From Somniosus microcephalus (Eukaryota), in contig CM126223.1 in NCBI GenBank assembly GCA_052327205.1, positions 21,328,001-21,392,000 of the forward strand: a DNA stretch of 64,000 nucleotides, read 5' to 3'. Every line of letters begins with the position of its first letter. The first letter of the stretch is position 1. Position numbers and translations under genes: made by a program. Positions 12,320 to 22,009 of the stretch are shown piece after piece. A model generated the notes under the pieces. It saw only the letters and a program-made list of their open reading frames with translations, made no database searches and was not told the origin of the DNA.

Positions 12320-15237
12320 CTTGGCAGGGGGATGGGATACAGAGGGGAGCTGAAATAGGGGGGGATGTGCTGCCAATTATAGAGAAAAAAACAAGTCAGC
12401 TTGGTAGACAGGGCAAATATATAAGGGCAAGGCTGGATGGCATCTATTTTAATGCAAGGAGTCTTGCGAATAAGGTGGATGAACTGAAGGTGTTGATAAA
12501 CACATGGGAGTATGATATTGTTGCTATCACGGAGACATGGTTGAGGGAAGGGCAAGACTGGCAGCTCAATATTCCGGGGTACAGAATCTTCAGGCGAGAC
12601 AGAGGGGGAGGTATAAGAGGAGGGGGTGTCGCAATATTAATTAAGGAGTCAATTACTGCAGTAAGGAGGGATGATATATTAGCAGGGTCCTCCAATGAGG
12701 CCATATGGGTGGAGCTTAAAAACAAAAAGGGGGCAAGCACTTTGCTGGGAGTGTACTATAGGCCTCCAAACAGTCAGGGGGAGATAGAGGAACAGATATG
12801 TAGGCAAATCTCAGAGAAATGTGCAAATAATAGGGTAATAATAATGGGGGATTTCAACTTCCCCAATATTAACTGGGATAGTCAGAGTGTGAAAGGCTCA
12901 GAGGGTGTAGAATTCTTAAAGTGCATCCAGGAGAGCTTTTTGAGCCAGCATGTAGAAAGTCCTACAAGAGAGGGGGCAGTACTGGACCTAATTCTCGGGA
13001 ATGTGGCCGGCCAAGTGGAAAAAGTGCTAGTAGGTGAGCACTTTGGTGATAGTGACCATAATATGGTAAGATTTAAGGTGGCCATGGAAAAGTACAGGGA
13101 TGGGCCGGAAATAAAGGTTCTAAATTGGGGGAAGGCGGATTTTAATAGGATAAGGCAGGATCTGGCCAAAATGGACTGGGATCAGCTACTTGTAGGAAAA
13201 TCCGCATCGGAGCAATGGGAGGCTTTCAGAAGGGAGATTGAGAACATACAATGGCAACATGTTCCCGTAAAGGTCAAGGGTGGTTCCAAAAACCACAGGG
13301 AACCTTGGATGTCAGGGGATATACGGGAATGGATTAGGAAAAAAAGGAGGGCTTTTGGTAGATACAAAAGGCTAAAGACGGAGGAAGCCCTAGAGGAGTA
13401 CAAAAAGTGCAGGGGGATACTTAAAAAAGAAATTAGGAGATCAAGGAGGGGCCATGAAATAACACTGGCAAGCAAAATAAAGGAAAATCCGAAGATGTTT
13501 TATAAGTATATTAAGGGTAAGAGGATAACTAGGGAAAAAATAGGGCCCATTAGGGACAAAAGTGGCAATCTGTGTGAGGAGCCGGAAGATGTAGGAGGGG
13601 TTCTGAATGAATTTTTTGCGTCTGTTTTCACTATGGAGAAGGACGATGTAGACATAGAAATAGGGCGGGGGGACTGTGATATGCTCGAACATATTAACAT
13701 CGAGCGGGGGGAGGTATTGGCAGTTTTAGCTGGCCTAAAAATGGATAAATCCCCAGGCCCGGATGAAATGTATCCCAGGCTGCTGTGTGAGGCAAAGGAG
13801 GAGATTGCGGGGGCTCTAACACATATATTCAGGACCTCTCTGGCCACAGGGGATGTGCCAGAGGACTGGAGAACCGCTAATGTAGTACCATTATTCAAGA
13901 AGGGTAGTAGGGAAAAACCGGGGAACTACAGGCCAGTGAGCCTAACATCAGTGGTAGGAAAATTATTGGAAAAAATCCTGAGGGACAAAATGTGTCTCCA
14001 CTTGGAGAGGCAAGGATTAATCAGGGATAGTCAACATGGCTTTGTCAAGGGAAGATCATGTCTGACTAATTTGATTGAATTTTTTGAGGGGGTGACTAGG
14101 TGTGTGGATGAGGGTAACGCAGTGGATGTGGTATACATGGATTTCAGTAAGGCCTTCGATAAAGTCCCGCACAGGAGACTGGTCAAGAAGGTAAGAGCCC
14201 ATGGAATCCAGGGTGCCTTGGCACATTGGATACAAAACTGGCTTAGTGGCAGAAGGCAGAGGGTGATGGTCGAAGGTTGTTTTTGTGACTGGAAGCCTGT
14301 GGCCAGTGGGGTACCACAGGGATCGGTGCTGGGTCCCTTGCTGTTTGTGGTCTACATTAATGACTTGGATATGAATGTAAAGGGTATGATCAGTAAGTTC
14401 GCGGATGATACAAAAATTGGTAGGGTGGTAAATAGCGAGGAGGGTAGCCTCAGTCTGCAGGACGATATAGATGGGTTGGTCAGATGGGCGGAACAGTGGC
14501 AAATGGAATTTAACCCGGAAAAGTGCGAGGTGATGCACTTTGGGGGGACTAACAAGGCAAAGGAATACACAATGAATGGAAAGACCCTAGGCAAGACGGA
14601 GGGTCAGAGGGATCTGGGTGTGCAAGTACACAGATCCCTGAAGGCGGCGGAACAGGTGGATAAGGTGGTAAAAAAGGCATATGGGATACTTGCCTTCATT
14701 AGCCGAGGCATTGAATATAAGAGCAAGGAGGTTATGATGGAGCTGTATAAAACACTGGTTAGGCCACAGCTGGAATATTGTGTGCAGTTCTGGTCGCCAC
14801 ACTACAGGAAGGATGTGATCGCGTTAGAGAGGGTGCAGAGGAGGTTCACCAGGATGTTACCAGGGCTGGAGCGCTTCAGCTATGAAGAGAGACTGGGCAG
14901 GTTGGGTTTGTTTTCCTTGGAGCTGAGGAGGCTGAGGGGGGACATGATTGAGGTGTACAAAATTATGAGGGGCATAGATAGGATGGATGCTGAGGAGCTT
15001 TTTCCCTTAGTAGAGGGGTCGATAACTAGGGGGCATAGATTCAAGGTAAAGGGCGGGAGGTTTAGAGGGGATTTGAGAAAGAACTTTTTCACCCAGAGGG
15101 TGGTTGGAGTCTGGAACTCACTGCCTGAAAGGGTTGTGGAGGCAGAAACCCTCACAACATTTAAGAAGCATTTGGATGTGCACTTGAAATGCCATAGCAT
15201 ACAAGGCTACGGGCCAAATGCTGGAATATGGGATTAG
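12310..15237 (+). CDS. CR1 ORF2p, APE endonuclease plus reverse transcriptase, uninterrupted
   Basis: YFNARS, ITETW, GDFN, SDH endonuclease motifs; PQGSVLGP and FADD RT motifs; frame open from 12310 (-1 relative to ORF1). Confidence 0.92.
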   Translation, partial: FKLTWQGDGIQRGAEIGGDVLPIIEKKTSQLGRQGKYIRARLDGIYFNARSLANKVDELKVLINTWEYDIVAITETWLREGQDWQLNIPGYRIFRRDRGGGIRGGGVAILIKESITAVRRDDILAGSSNEAIWVELKNKKGASTLLGVYYRPPNSQGEIEEQICRQISEKCANNRVIIMGDFNFPNINWDSQSVKGSEGVEFLKCIQESFLSQHVESPTREGAVLDLILGNVAGQVEKVLVGEHFGDSDHNMVRFKVAMEKYRDGPEIKVLNWGKADFNRIRQDLAKMDWDQLLVGKSASEQWEAFRREIENIQWQHVPVKVKGGSKNHREPWMSGDIREWIRKKRRAFGRYKRLKTEEALEEYKKCRGILKKEIRRSRRGHEITLASKIKENPKMFYKYIKGKRITREKIGPIRDKSGNLCEEPEDVGGVLNEFFASVFTMEKDDVDIEIGRGDCDMLEHINIERGEVLAVLAGLKMDKSPGPDEMYPRLLCEAKEEIAGALTHIFRTSLATGDVPEDWRTANVVPLFKKGSREKPGNYRPVSLTSVVGKLLEKILRDKMCLHLERQGLIRDSQHGFVKGRSCLTNLIEFFEGVTRCVDEGNAVDVVYMDFSKAFDKVPHRRLVKKVRAHGIQGALAHWIQNWLSGRRQRVMVEGCFCDWKPVASGVPQGSVLGPLLFVVYINDLDMNVKGMISKFADDTKIGRVVNSEEGSLSLQDDIDGLVRWAEQWQMEFNPEKCEVMHFGGTNKAKEYTMNGKTLGKTEGQRDLGVQVHRSLKAAEQVDKVVKKAYGILAFISRGIEYKSKEVMMELYKTLVRPQLEYCVQFWSPHYRKDVIALERVQRRFTRMLPGLERFSYEERLGRLGLFSLELRRLRGDMIEVYKIMRGIDRMDAEELFPLVEGSITRGHRFKVKGGRFRGDLRKNFFTQRVVGVWNSLPERVVEAETLTTFKKHLDVHLKCHSIQGYGPNAGIWD

Positions 15238-16047
15238 ATTAGACAGGGCTTGATGGCCGGCGCGGACACGATGGGCCGAAGGGCCTCTATCCGTGCTGTA
15301 TTACTCTATGACTCTATGACTTGCTGCCCTTGTCCTTCTAGGCGGTAGAGGTCGGTTTGGGAGGTGCTGCCGAAGAAGCCTTGGTGAGTTTGCTGCAGTG
15401 CATCTTGTAGGCGGTACACACTGCAGCCACGGTACGCTGGCGGTGGAGGGAGTGAATGTTTAAGGTGATGGATGGGGTGCCAATCAAGCGGGCTGCTTTG
15501 TCTTGGATGGTGTCGAGCTTCTTGAGTGTTGTTGGAACTGCAATCATCACACTCCTCACAGAATACCCAGCCTCCGGCCTGCTCTTGTTGCCAGAGTATT
15601 TATGTGGCTGGTCCAGTTAAGCTTCTGGTCAATGGTGACCCCCCAGGATATTGATGGTGGGGGATTTGGTGATGGTAATGCCGTTGAATGTCAAGGGCGG
15701 TGGTTTGACACTCGCTTGTTGGAGACAGTCATTGCCTGGCACTTCTGTTACCTACCACTTATCAGCCCAAGCCTGAATGATGTCCAGGTCTTGCTGCATG
15801 TGGGCATGGACTGCTTCATTATCTGTGGAGTTGCGAATGGAGCTGAACCCTGTGCAGTCATCAGCGAACATCCCCACTTCTGACCTTATAATGGAGGGAA
15901 GGTCATTGATGAAGCAGCTGAAGATGGTTGGGCCTAGGACACTGTCCTGAGGAACTCCTGCAGCGATGTCCTGGGGCAGAGATGATTGACCTCCAACCAC
16001 CACAACCATCTTCCTTTGTGCTAGGTATGACTCCAGCCAGTGGAGGG

Positions 16048-16271
16048 TGTATTGCTTTCTATGTGGGTTCAATGACGACACATTCATGAAAGAGATGTCT
16101 TTTTATCTAAAGTATGTTCAACTCAGTTAACAGCATTACAGGAGACACCATCTTAGAGCTCCATCTAAAACGAAACCAAAACTAAACTCTGCCTCTGTCA
16201 CATGCCCTCTGCTGGTAAGGCATAAATAATCAAACAGGCAAATACCATCACTATTTGCTGATATCATTACA
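16048..16271 (-). repeat. 3' LTR of Gypsy A (224 bp)
   Basis: Matches 25309-25356 plus 26081-26256 with about 2 substitutions; adjacent polypurine tract. Confidence 0.93.
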
Positions 16272-16482
16272 TCTCCCTTTCTTAAAACAAAAGTATTTTA
16301 CTTTTATCTAACAACATGTTTTCTTTGTATTATTCTGCATTTTAACTGTAACACTTAATGAACTTACATTATCATGATCAAGGTTTTTTAACCTTGCTTT
16401 GTGTGTTCACATGAAATTTGTAAATACACTAGAACTTGAAGAAAGAATAAGATAACATTACTTCCTTCTATAACAAGAGTCC

Positions 16483-17634
16483 TTAAACTTGCTCAATGAG
16501 TCTCTCAGGAGGCTTCACGTGTCTTGAGGATTTTCTGATTGATTGTCCTTGAATCTGAGTTGTTGCCTCAGATGATTGGTTCTCAGCTGTGTGATCAGGT
16601 TGTTCAACAGTATCAGTCTTTTGACCTGCTGTGTGATCAGGTTGTTCAACAGTATCAGTCTTTTGGCCTGCTGTGGCTGGTCCCATGAGAAGATCCTGAT
16701 GATTTCTTCGCAGAACAGCACCCTCATCTGTCTGAATGGTGTATGATCTTGGTTGAACTTCACTCAGGACAGTTCCCTTCTGAGTCCATATGTTTGTTTC
16801 GTCTTTGAACCTTACTTGGTCACCAGTGTGGAGTTCAGGTAGGTTTTGTGTTCCTCTGTCATAGTAGTACTTTTGCTTTTCTTTCTGTTGTTCTTTGAAC
16901 TTCCTCACTTTCTCCCCCTCTTTTGTTTTCAGGAGGTTCTCCGGGATGGGTAGGTTTGACCTTAACAGACGTCCCATAAGGAGTTGGGCTGGTGACATAC
17001 CACACTCGAGCGGCGTTGTGCGGTATACAAGCATGCTCTGGTAGAAGTCAGTTCCACTGTCTTTTGCCTTGTACATCAGTCTTTTCACTGTCTGGACCGA
17101 TTTTTCCACTAGTCCATTGGACTGTGGAAAGTGAGGACTTGACGTTGTGTGGACAAAGTCCCACTCTTTGGCAAAGTGTCGGAAACTTGCATTGTAAAAC
17201 TGGGGTCCGTTGTCTGTGAAGACCTCGCTTGCCACGCCATGTCTGGAGAATATGGCTTTCATACATGTTATCACAGCATCTGCAGTGGTGGTGTACAGTC
17301 TACAAACCTCTGGATACAGGGAGTAATAGTCTGTGACTACAAGATAGTCCTTCCCTTGACATACGAATAGGTCAGCGCCTACCTTCTGGTAAGGTCTGTC
17401 TGGCGCTGGGTGTGGCTTTAGTGGTTCTACCGGATTGCTTGCTCGATATTTCAGGCATATTGTGCAGTTTGACACCTCATTTGTCACATCTTGGTTGATT
17501 CGTGGCCAGTACATCACCTCTCGTGCTCTTTTCTTACACTTTTCGATTCCCAGATGTCCTCCATGGATCCTTTTTAGCATCTCTTTTCTCAGACTCTTTG
17601 GGATAACTATTTTACTTCCTTTGTAGATGATGTC
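16483..17634 (-). CDS. Gypsy A integrase
   Basis: HGGHLG..CTIC zinc finger; GADLF, TDNGPQF, SNGLVEK DDE core; frame joins RNase H across the Gypsy B TSD (VVEDI/IYKGSKIVIP). Confidence 0.9.
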   Translation of the reverse strand, partial: DIIYKGSKIVIPKSLRKEMLKRIHGGHLGIEKCKKRAREVMYWPRINQDVTNEVSNCTICLKYRASNPVEPLKPHPAPDRPYQKVGADLFVCQGKDYLVVTDYYSLYPEVCRLYTTTADAVITCMKAIFSRHGVASEVFTDNGPQFYNASFRHFAKEWDFVHTTSSPHFPQSNGLVEKSVQTVKRLMYKAKDSGTDFYQSMLVYRTTPLECGMSPAQLLMGRLLRSNLPIPENLLKTKEGEKVRKFKEQQKEKQKYYYDRGTQNLPELHTGDQVRFKDETNIWTQKGTVLSEVQPRSYTIQTDEGAVLRRNHQDLLMGPATAGQKTDTVEQPDHTAGQKTDTVEQPDHTAENQSSEATTQIQGQSIRKSSRHVKPPERLIEQV

Positions 17635-20600
17635 TGATGCGCTATCAATTACTCATAAAAGACTGAGAGTTAGAAGAGTAACTAAAGGCTTTTATTAACA
17701 ACAGAATGGAGGTCTGCCTCGCGTGGTCGACCGGTCCAGGATACAAAGGGCTGGGGAGCAGTCACCTTTATACTAGGACCTGTGGGAGGAGTCAGCCGAG
17801 GCATGTCCAGGCATGTACACAGTGGAATACAAACAGGACAAACAGGAATACAAACAGTGGTTTACCACATTCACCCCTTGTTTAAAATTGAGTCTGGCGG
17901 GGTGAAGTGTATTAAAAGTTAGTGTATTGGAGTCTCTCCGGAGGTCTTGTCTGCCGCTGTGATCGGCGTGGCGACGGCAGGGGTAGTGAAGCTTCCGGCG
18001 TCGAGTCCAGCGTAGGCTGTGGCACAGGCGTGTCGTCCTCGTAGATGTCGAGCGGGTCGCGGGGCCCAGGCCTGCCGTCTGCTGGGGCTGGATATCGGAT
18101 CGTGGGGGGGGGTGGTAGTGGGTAGTGGGTTACTGCGGCCCCCGAGGGTGCAAGGTCTCTTATGGAGACTGTGTCCTCCCGCCCGTCCGGGTATGCGATG
18201 TAAGCATACTGGGGGTTGGCGTGGAGGAGGTCGACCCTCTCAACCAGGGGGTCCGTTTTATGGGTCCTCACGTGTCTTCTCAGTAGGACCGGCCCTGGGG
18301 ACGTCAGCCATGGTGGTAGCGATGTCCCCGATGTGGACTTCCTTGGGAAGACAAACATTTTCTCATGAGGGGTGGCGTTAGTGGCAGTGCAGGGCAGTGA
18401 CCGAATAGAGTGGAGCGCATCGGGGAGCACATCCTGCCAGCGGGAGGTTGGAAGGCCCCTAGACTTTAAGGCTAGCAGGACGGCCTTCCAAACTGTCGCA
18501 TTTTCTCTTTCCACCTGTCCGTTCCCCCGGGGGTTGTAACTGGTGGTCCTACTTGTGGCAATACCCCTAGTTAGCAGGTACTGATGGAGTTCGTCGCTCA
18601 TAAACGATGAGCCCCGGTCGCTATGGATATAGCTGGGGAAGCCGAACAGGGTGAAGAGGTTGTTCAGACATTTAATGACCGTGGCACTGGTCATGTCCGG
18701 GCAGGGGAAGGCGAACGGGAAACGGGAGTACTCATCAATAATATTGAGGAAGTACACATTGCGGTCGGAGGAGGGGAGAGGCCCTTTAAAATCAACGCTC
18801 AGGTGCTCGAAGGGGCGAGTGGCTTTTATCAGGTGGGCCCTGTCTGGTCTATAAAAGTGCGGTTTGCACTCAGCGCAGACTTGGCAGTTCCTGGTCATGG
18901 TCCTGACCTCCTCAATAGAGTAAGGCAGGTTGCGGGCCTTGATGAGGTGGAAGAACCTGGTGACCCCCGGGTGGCAGAGGTCATTGTGGAGGGCCCGCAG
19001 TCTATCGATCTGCGCGCTGGCGCAGGTGCCACGCGATAGCGCATCCGGGGGTTCATTTAGCTTCCCGGGCCGGTACAAGATCTCGTAGTTGTAGGTGGAA
19101 AGTTCGATTCTCCACCTCAAGATCTTGTCATTTTTGATTTTGCCCCTCTGCTTGTTGTTAAACATAAAAGCAACTGAACGCTGGTCAGTGAGCAGGGTAA
19201 ATCGTTTTCCGGCCAGGTAGTGCCTCCAATGACGCACAGCCTCCACAATCGCCTGGGCCTCCTTCTCAACAGCGGAGTGTCTGGTCTCCGGGCCTTGGAG
19301 GGTTCGTGAAAAGAAGGCCACGGGTCTCCCCGCCTGATTGAGGGTAGCGGCCAGGGCAAAGTCGGATGCGTCGCTTTCCACCTGGAAGGGGATGGATTCG
19401 TCCACTGCGTGCATGGTGGCTTTGGCAATGTCCTCCTTGATACGGTGGAAGGCTAAGCGGGCCTCTGCCGTCAAGGGAAAAGAGGTGGACTTGATCAGCG
19501 GACGGGCCTTGTCCGCATAGTAGGGGACCCACTGGGCGTAATAGGAGAAAAACCCTAGGCACCTCTTCAGGGCCTTGAGGCAGTGGGGCAGTGGAAGTTC
19601 CATAAGGGGACGCATCCGGTCGGGGTCGGGGCCGATGACTCCGTGTTCCACAACACAGCCAAGGATGGCGAGGCGGTTTGTGCGGAATATGCACTTCTCC
19701 TTGTTATATGTCAGGTTTAGGAGTTGGGTGGTGCGGAGGAATTTTTCGAGGTTTGCGTCATGGTCCTGCAAATCACGGCCGCAGATGGTCACATTGTCCA
19801 GATATGGGAAAGCGGCCTGCAACGCATTTTGATCTACCATCCGGTCCATCTCCCTTTGGAAGACGGAGACCCCGTTGGTGACGCCAAAGGGAACCCTAAG
19901 GAAGTGATAGAGGCAGCCGTTTGCCTCAAAGGCAGTGTACTGGCGGTTCTCAGGGCGGATGGGGAGCTGGTGGTACGCTGATTTCAGGTCAATGGTCGAG
20001 AAGACGCGGTACTGCGCGATCTGGTTGACCATATCAGCTATACGGGGGAGTGGGTAGGCGTCAAGCAGGGTGTAGCGATTTATTGTCTGGCTGTAGTCGA
20101 TGACCAGGCGCTGCTTCTCGCCGGTCTTAACGACCACAACCTGGGCTCGCCAGGGGCTGGTGCTGCCCTCAATAATCCCTTCTTTCAGGAGCTGCTCCAC
20201 TTCGGTTTTAATGAAAACCCTGTCCCCGGCACTGTATCGCCTGCTCTTTGTGGCGATGGGCTTACAGTCGGGGGTGAGGTTAGCAAACAGTGGTGGGGGG
20301 GTGACTCTGAGTGTGGAGAGGTTGCACCTGGTGCGCGGCGGGCAATTTGGAAGCTGCTGGCTGCGGACTGTGAGTGGGGGTAGGGGTCCACCGTACGCCA
20401 TCGTAACACTTTTAAGGTGGCACTGAAAATCTAACCCCAGCAGGACGGCAGCGCAGAGGTCAGGCAGGACCAGAAGTTTAAAATGATCGTACACGGTCCC
20501 GTCTACTACGAGTGTCACCACGCAGTAGCCGCCGATGTCCGCCGACTGGGACTCGGAGGCCATAGAAATCCGCTGTTGCGCAGGCAGGACTGGGAGAGAG

Positions 20601-22009
20601 CAACGCCGCACCGTGTCGGGGTGGATGAAGCTCTCCGTGCTCCCAGAGTCAAAAAGGCAGATTGTATCGTGACCATTTACCTTAATGTCCATTGTGGAAC
20701 TGGCCAGTTGGTGCGGTCTCGCTTGGTCCAGTGTAACGGATGCCAGCGTAGGGGTCGGTGTGTCGCTGCGGGTATCAGATGAGGCGGTGTCGGGGGCCTG
20801 CTGCGTCCCGGCTGTCGTCCAAGATGGCTGCGTCCATGATCCCCATGTGGCTGGAGGCGTCCAAAATGGCTGCTGTACCGGTGATTCGCACATGGCCGGG
20901 GAGGTCCAAGATGGCGGCCCGCATGGCCCACACGCGGCGCTGCTGGGGTTCGGGGTGGCTTTGGCCCTGCAGACGCTAGCGTAGTGTCCCTTCTTCCCGC
21001 AGCCCGAGCAGATCGCGTTTTTCGCCGGGCAGCGCGCTCTGGGGTGTTTTGCCTGGCCACAGAAGTAGCATTTCTGGCCTTGGGGCACTGCAGTCTGGCC
21101 TTGGGACACTGCTGCGGTAGTTGGGCCGTTGTTGGGGTGTGGCTGGGGTGGCACGGCACTATGAGGCGGTCCTACCGTGTCTCAGGCTGTCATTCCCCGC
21201 GGCGTCCACGGTGCAGAGGAGTAGGCATCCATGCCCTGGTAGGCTGCATCCAACGATAGTGCGAGTTCAGAGGCCTTGTTGAGGTCGAGGTTACTCTGCT
21301 CCAACAGTCGCTGTCGGGTGTAATTGGATCTGTGGCCCGCTACAAAAGCGTCCCGGATAAGTTCCTCTGTGTACACGGCGGCTTTTACATCCTTACAACC
21401 ACAGGCCCGGCCAAGCACAGACAGTGCCTGAAGGTATTCCACGGTCGATTCCCCAGGTTGTTGTTTACGACTCCCCAGGAGGTGCCTGGCGTACACTTCG
21501 TTCACTGGGTGCGTGTACTGGTCCTTGAGGAGCTTGATAGCGTCCGCGTACGAGGTCGCGTCTTGGATGACCGAGTACACTCGGTGGTTCACTTTGGAGG
21601 TCAGGACATCCAGTTTGTCCTCGTCCGATTTGATTGCTTCGGAGGCGGTCAGGAATTTTTCGAAACACTTAAGCCAGTGAGTAAACTTGGTGGATGAGTC
21701 CGCCTCCTGATGATCTAAGTCCAGGCATGCTGGTGTGAGGATCTTCTCCATTATAAAAATGTTGTTAATAAAATTGATGCGCTATCAATTACTCATAAAA
21801 GACTGAGAGTTAGAAGAGTAACTAAAGGCTTTTATTAACAACAGAATGGAGGTCTGCCTCGCGTGGTCGACCGGTCCAGGATACAAAGGGCTGGGGAGCA
21901 GTCACCTTTATACTAGGACCTGTGGGAGGAGTCAGCCGAGGCATGTCCAGGCATGTACACAGTGGAATACAAACAGGACAAACAGGAAAACAAACAGTGG
22001 TTTACCACA
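17635..22009 (-). mobile_element. Gypsy/Ty3 LTR retrotransposon B, complete and very young, nested in Gypsy A
   Basis: 235-bp LTRs 17635-17869 and 21775-22009 differing at one base; TSD ATGTC; PPT AAGGGGTGAA. Confidence 0.96.
17912..21751 (-). CDS. Gypsy B gag-pol polyprotein (single frame, one internal TGA at 21182-21184)
   Basis: ORFs 21182..21751 and 17912..21154 are in the same frame; two Cys/His knuckles, FDSGS protease, RT with YLDN, RNase H SDAS/TDQ, HHCC plus DDE integrase. Confidence 0.9.

Larger units (their letters stand above)
11560..15320 (+). mobile_element. Young, long CR1 LINE (ORF1 5'-truncated, ORF2 intact)
   Basis: Two open ORFs, 3' stem-loop GGGCCGAAGGGCCT and ACTCTATG repeats; inserted in LINE B with ~20 bp target loss and no clear TSD. 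Confidence 0.95.

Noticed and set aside
16585-16675. 42-bp tandem duplication (TAGQKTDTVEQPDH twice)
   Set aside because: Ordinary in-frame slippage in the low-complexity integrase tail.
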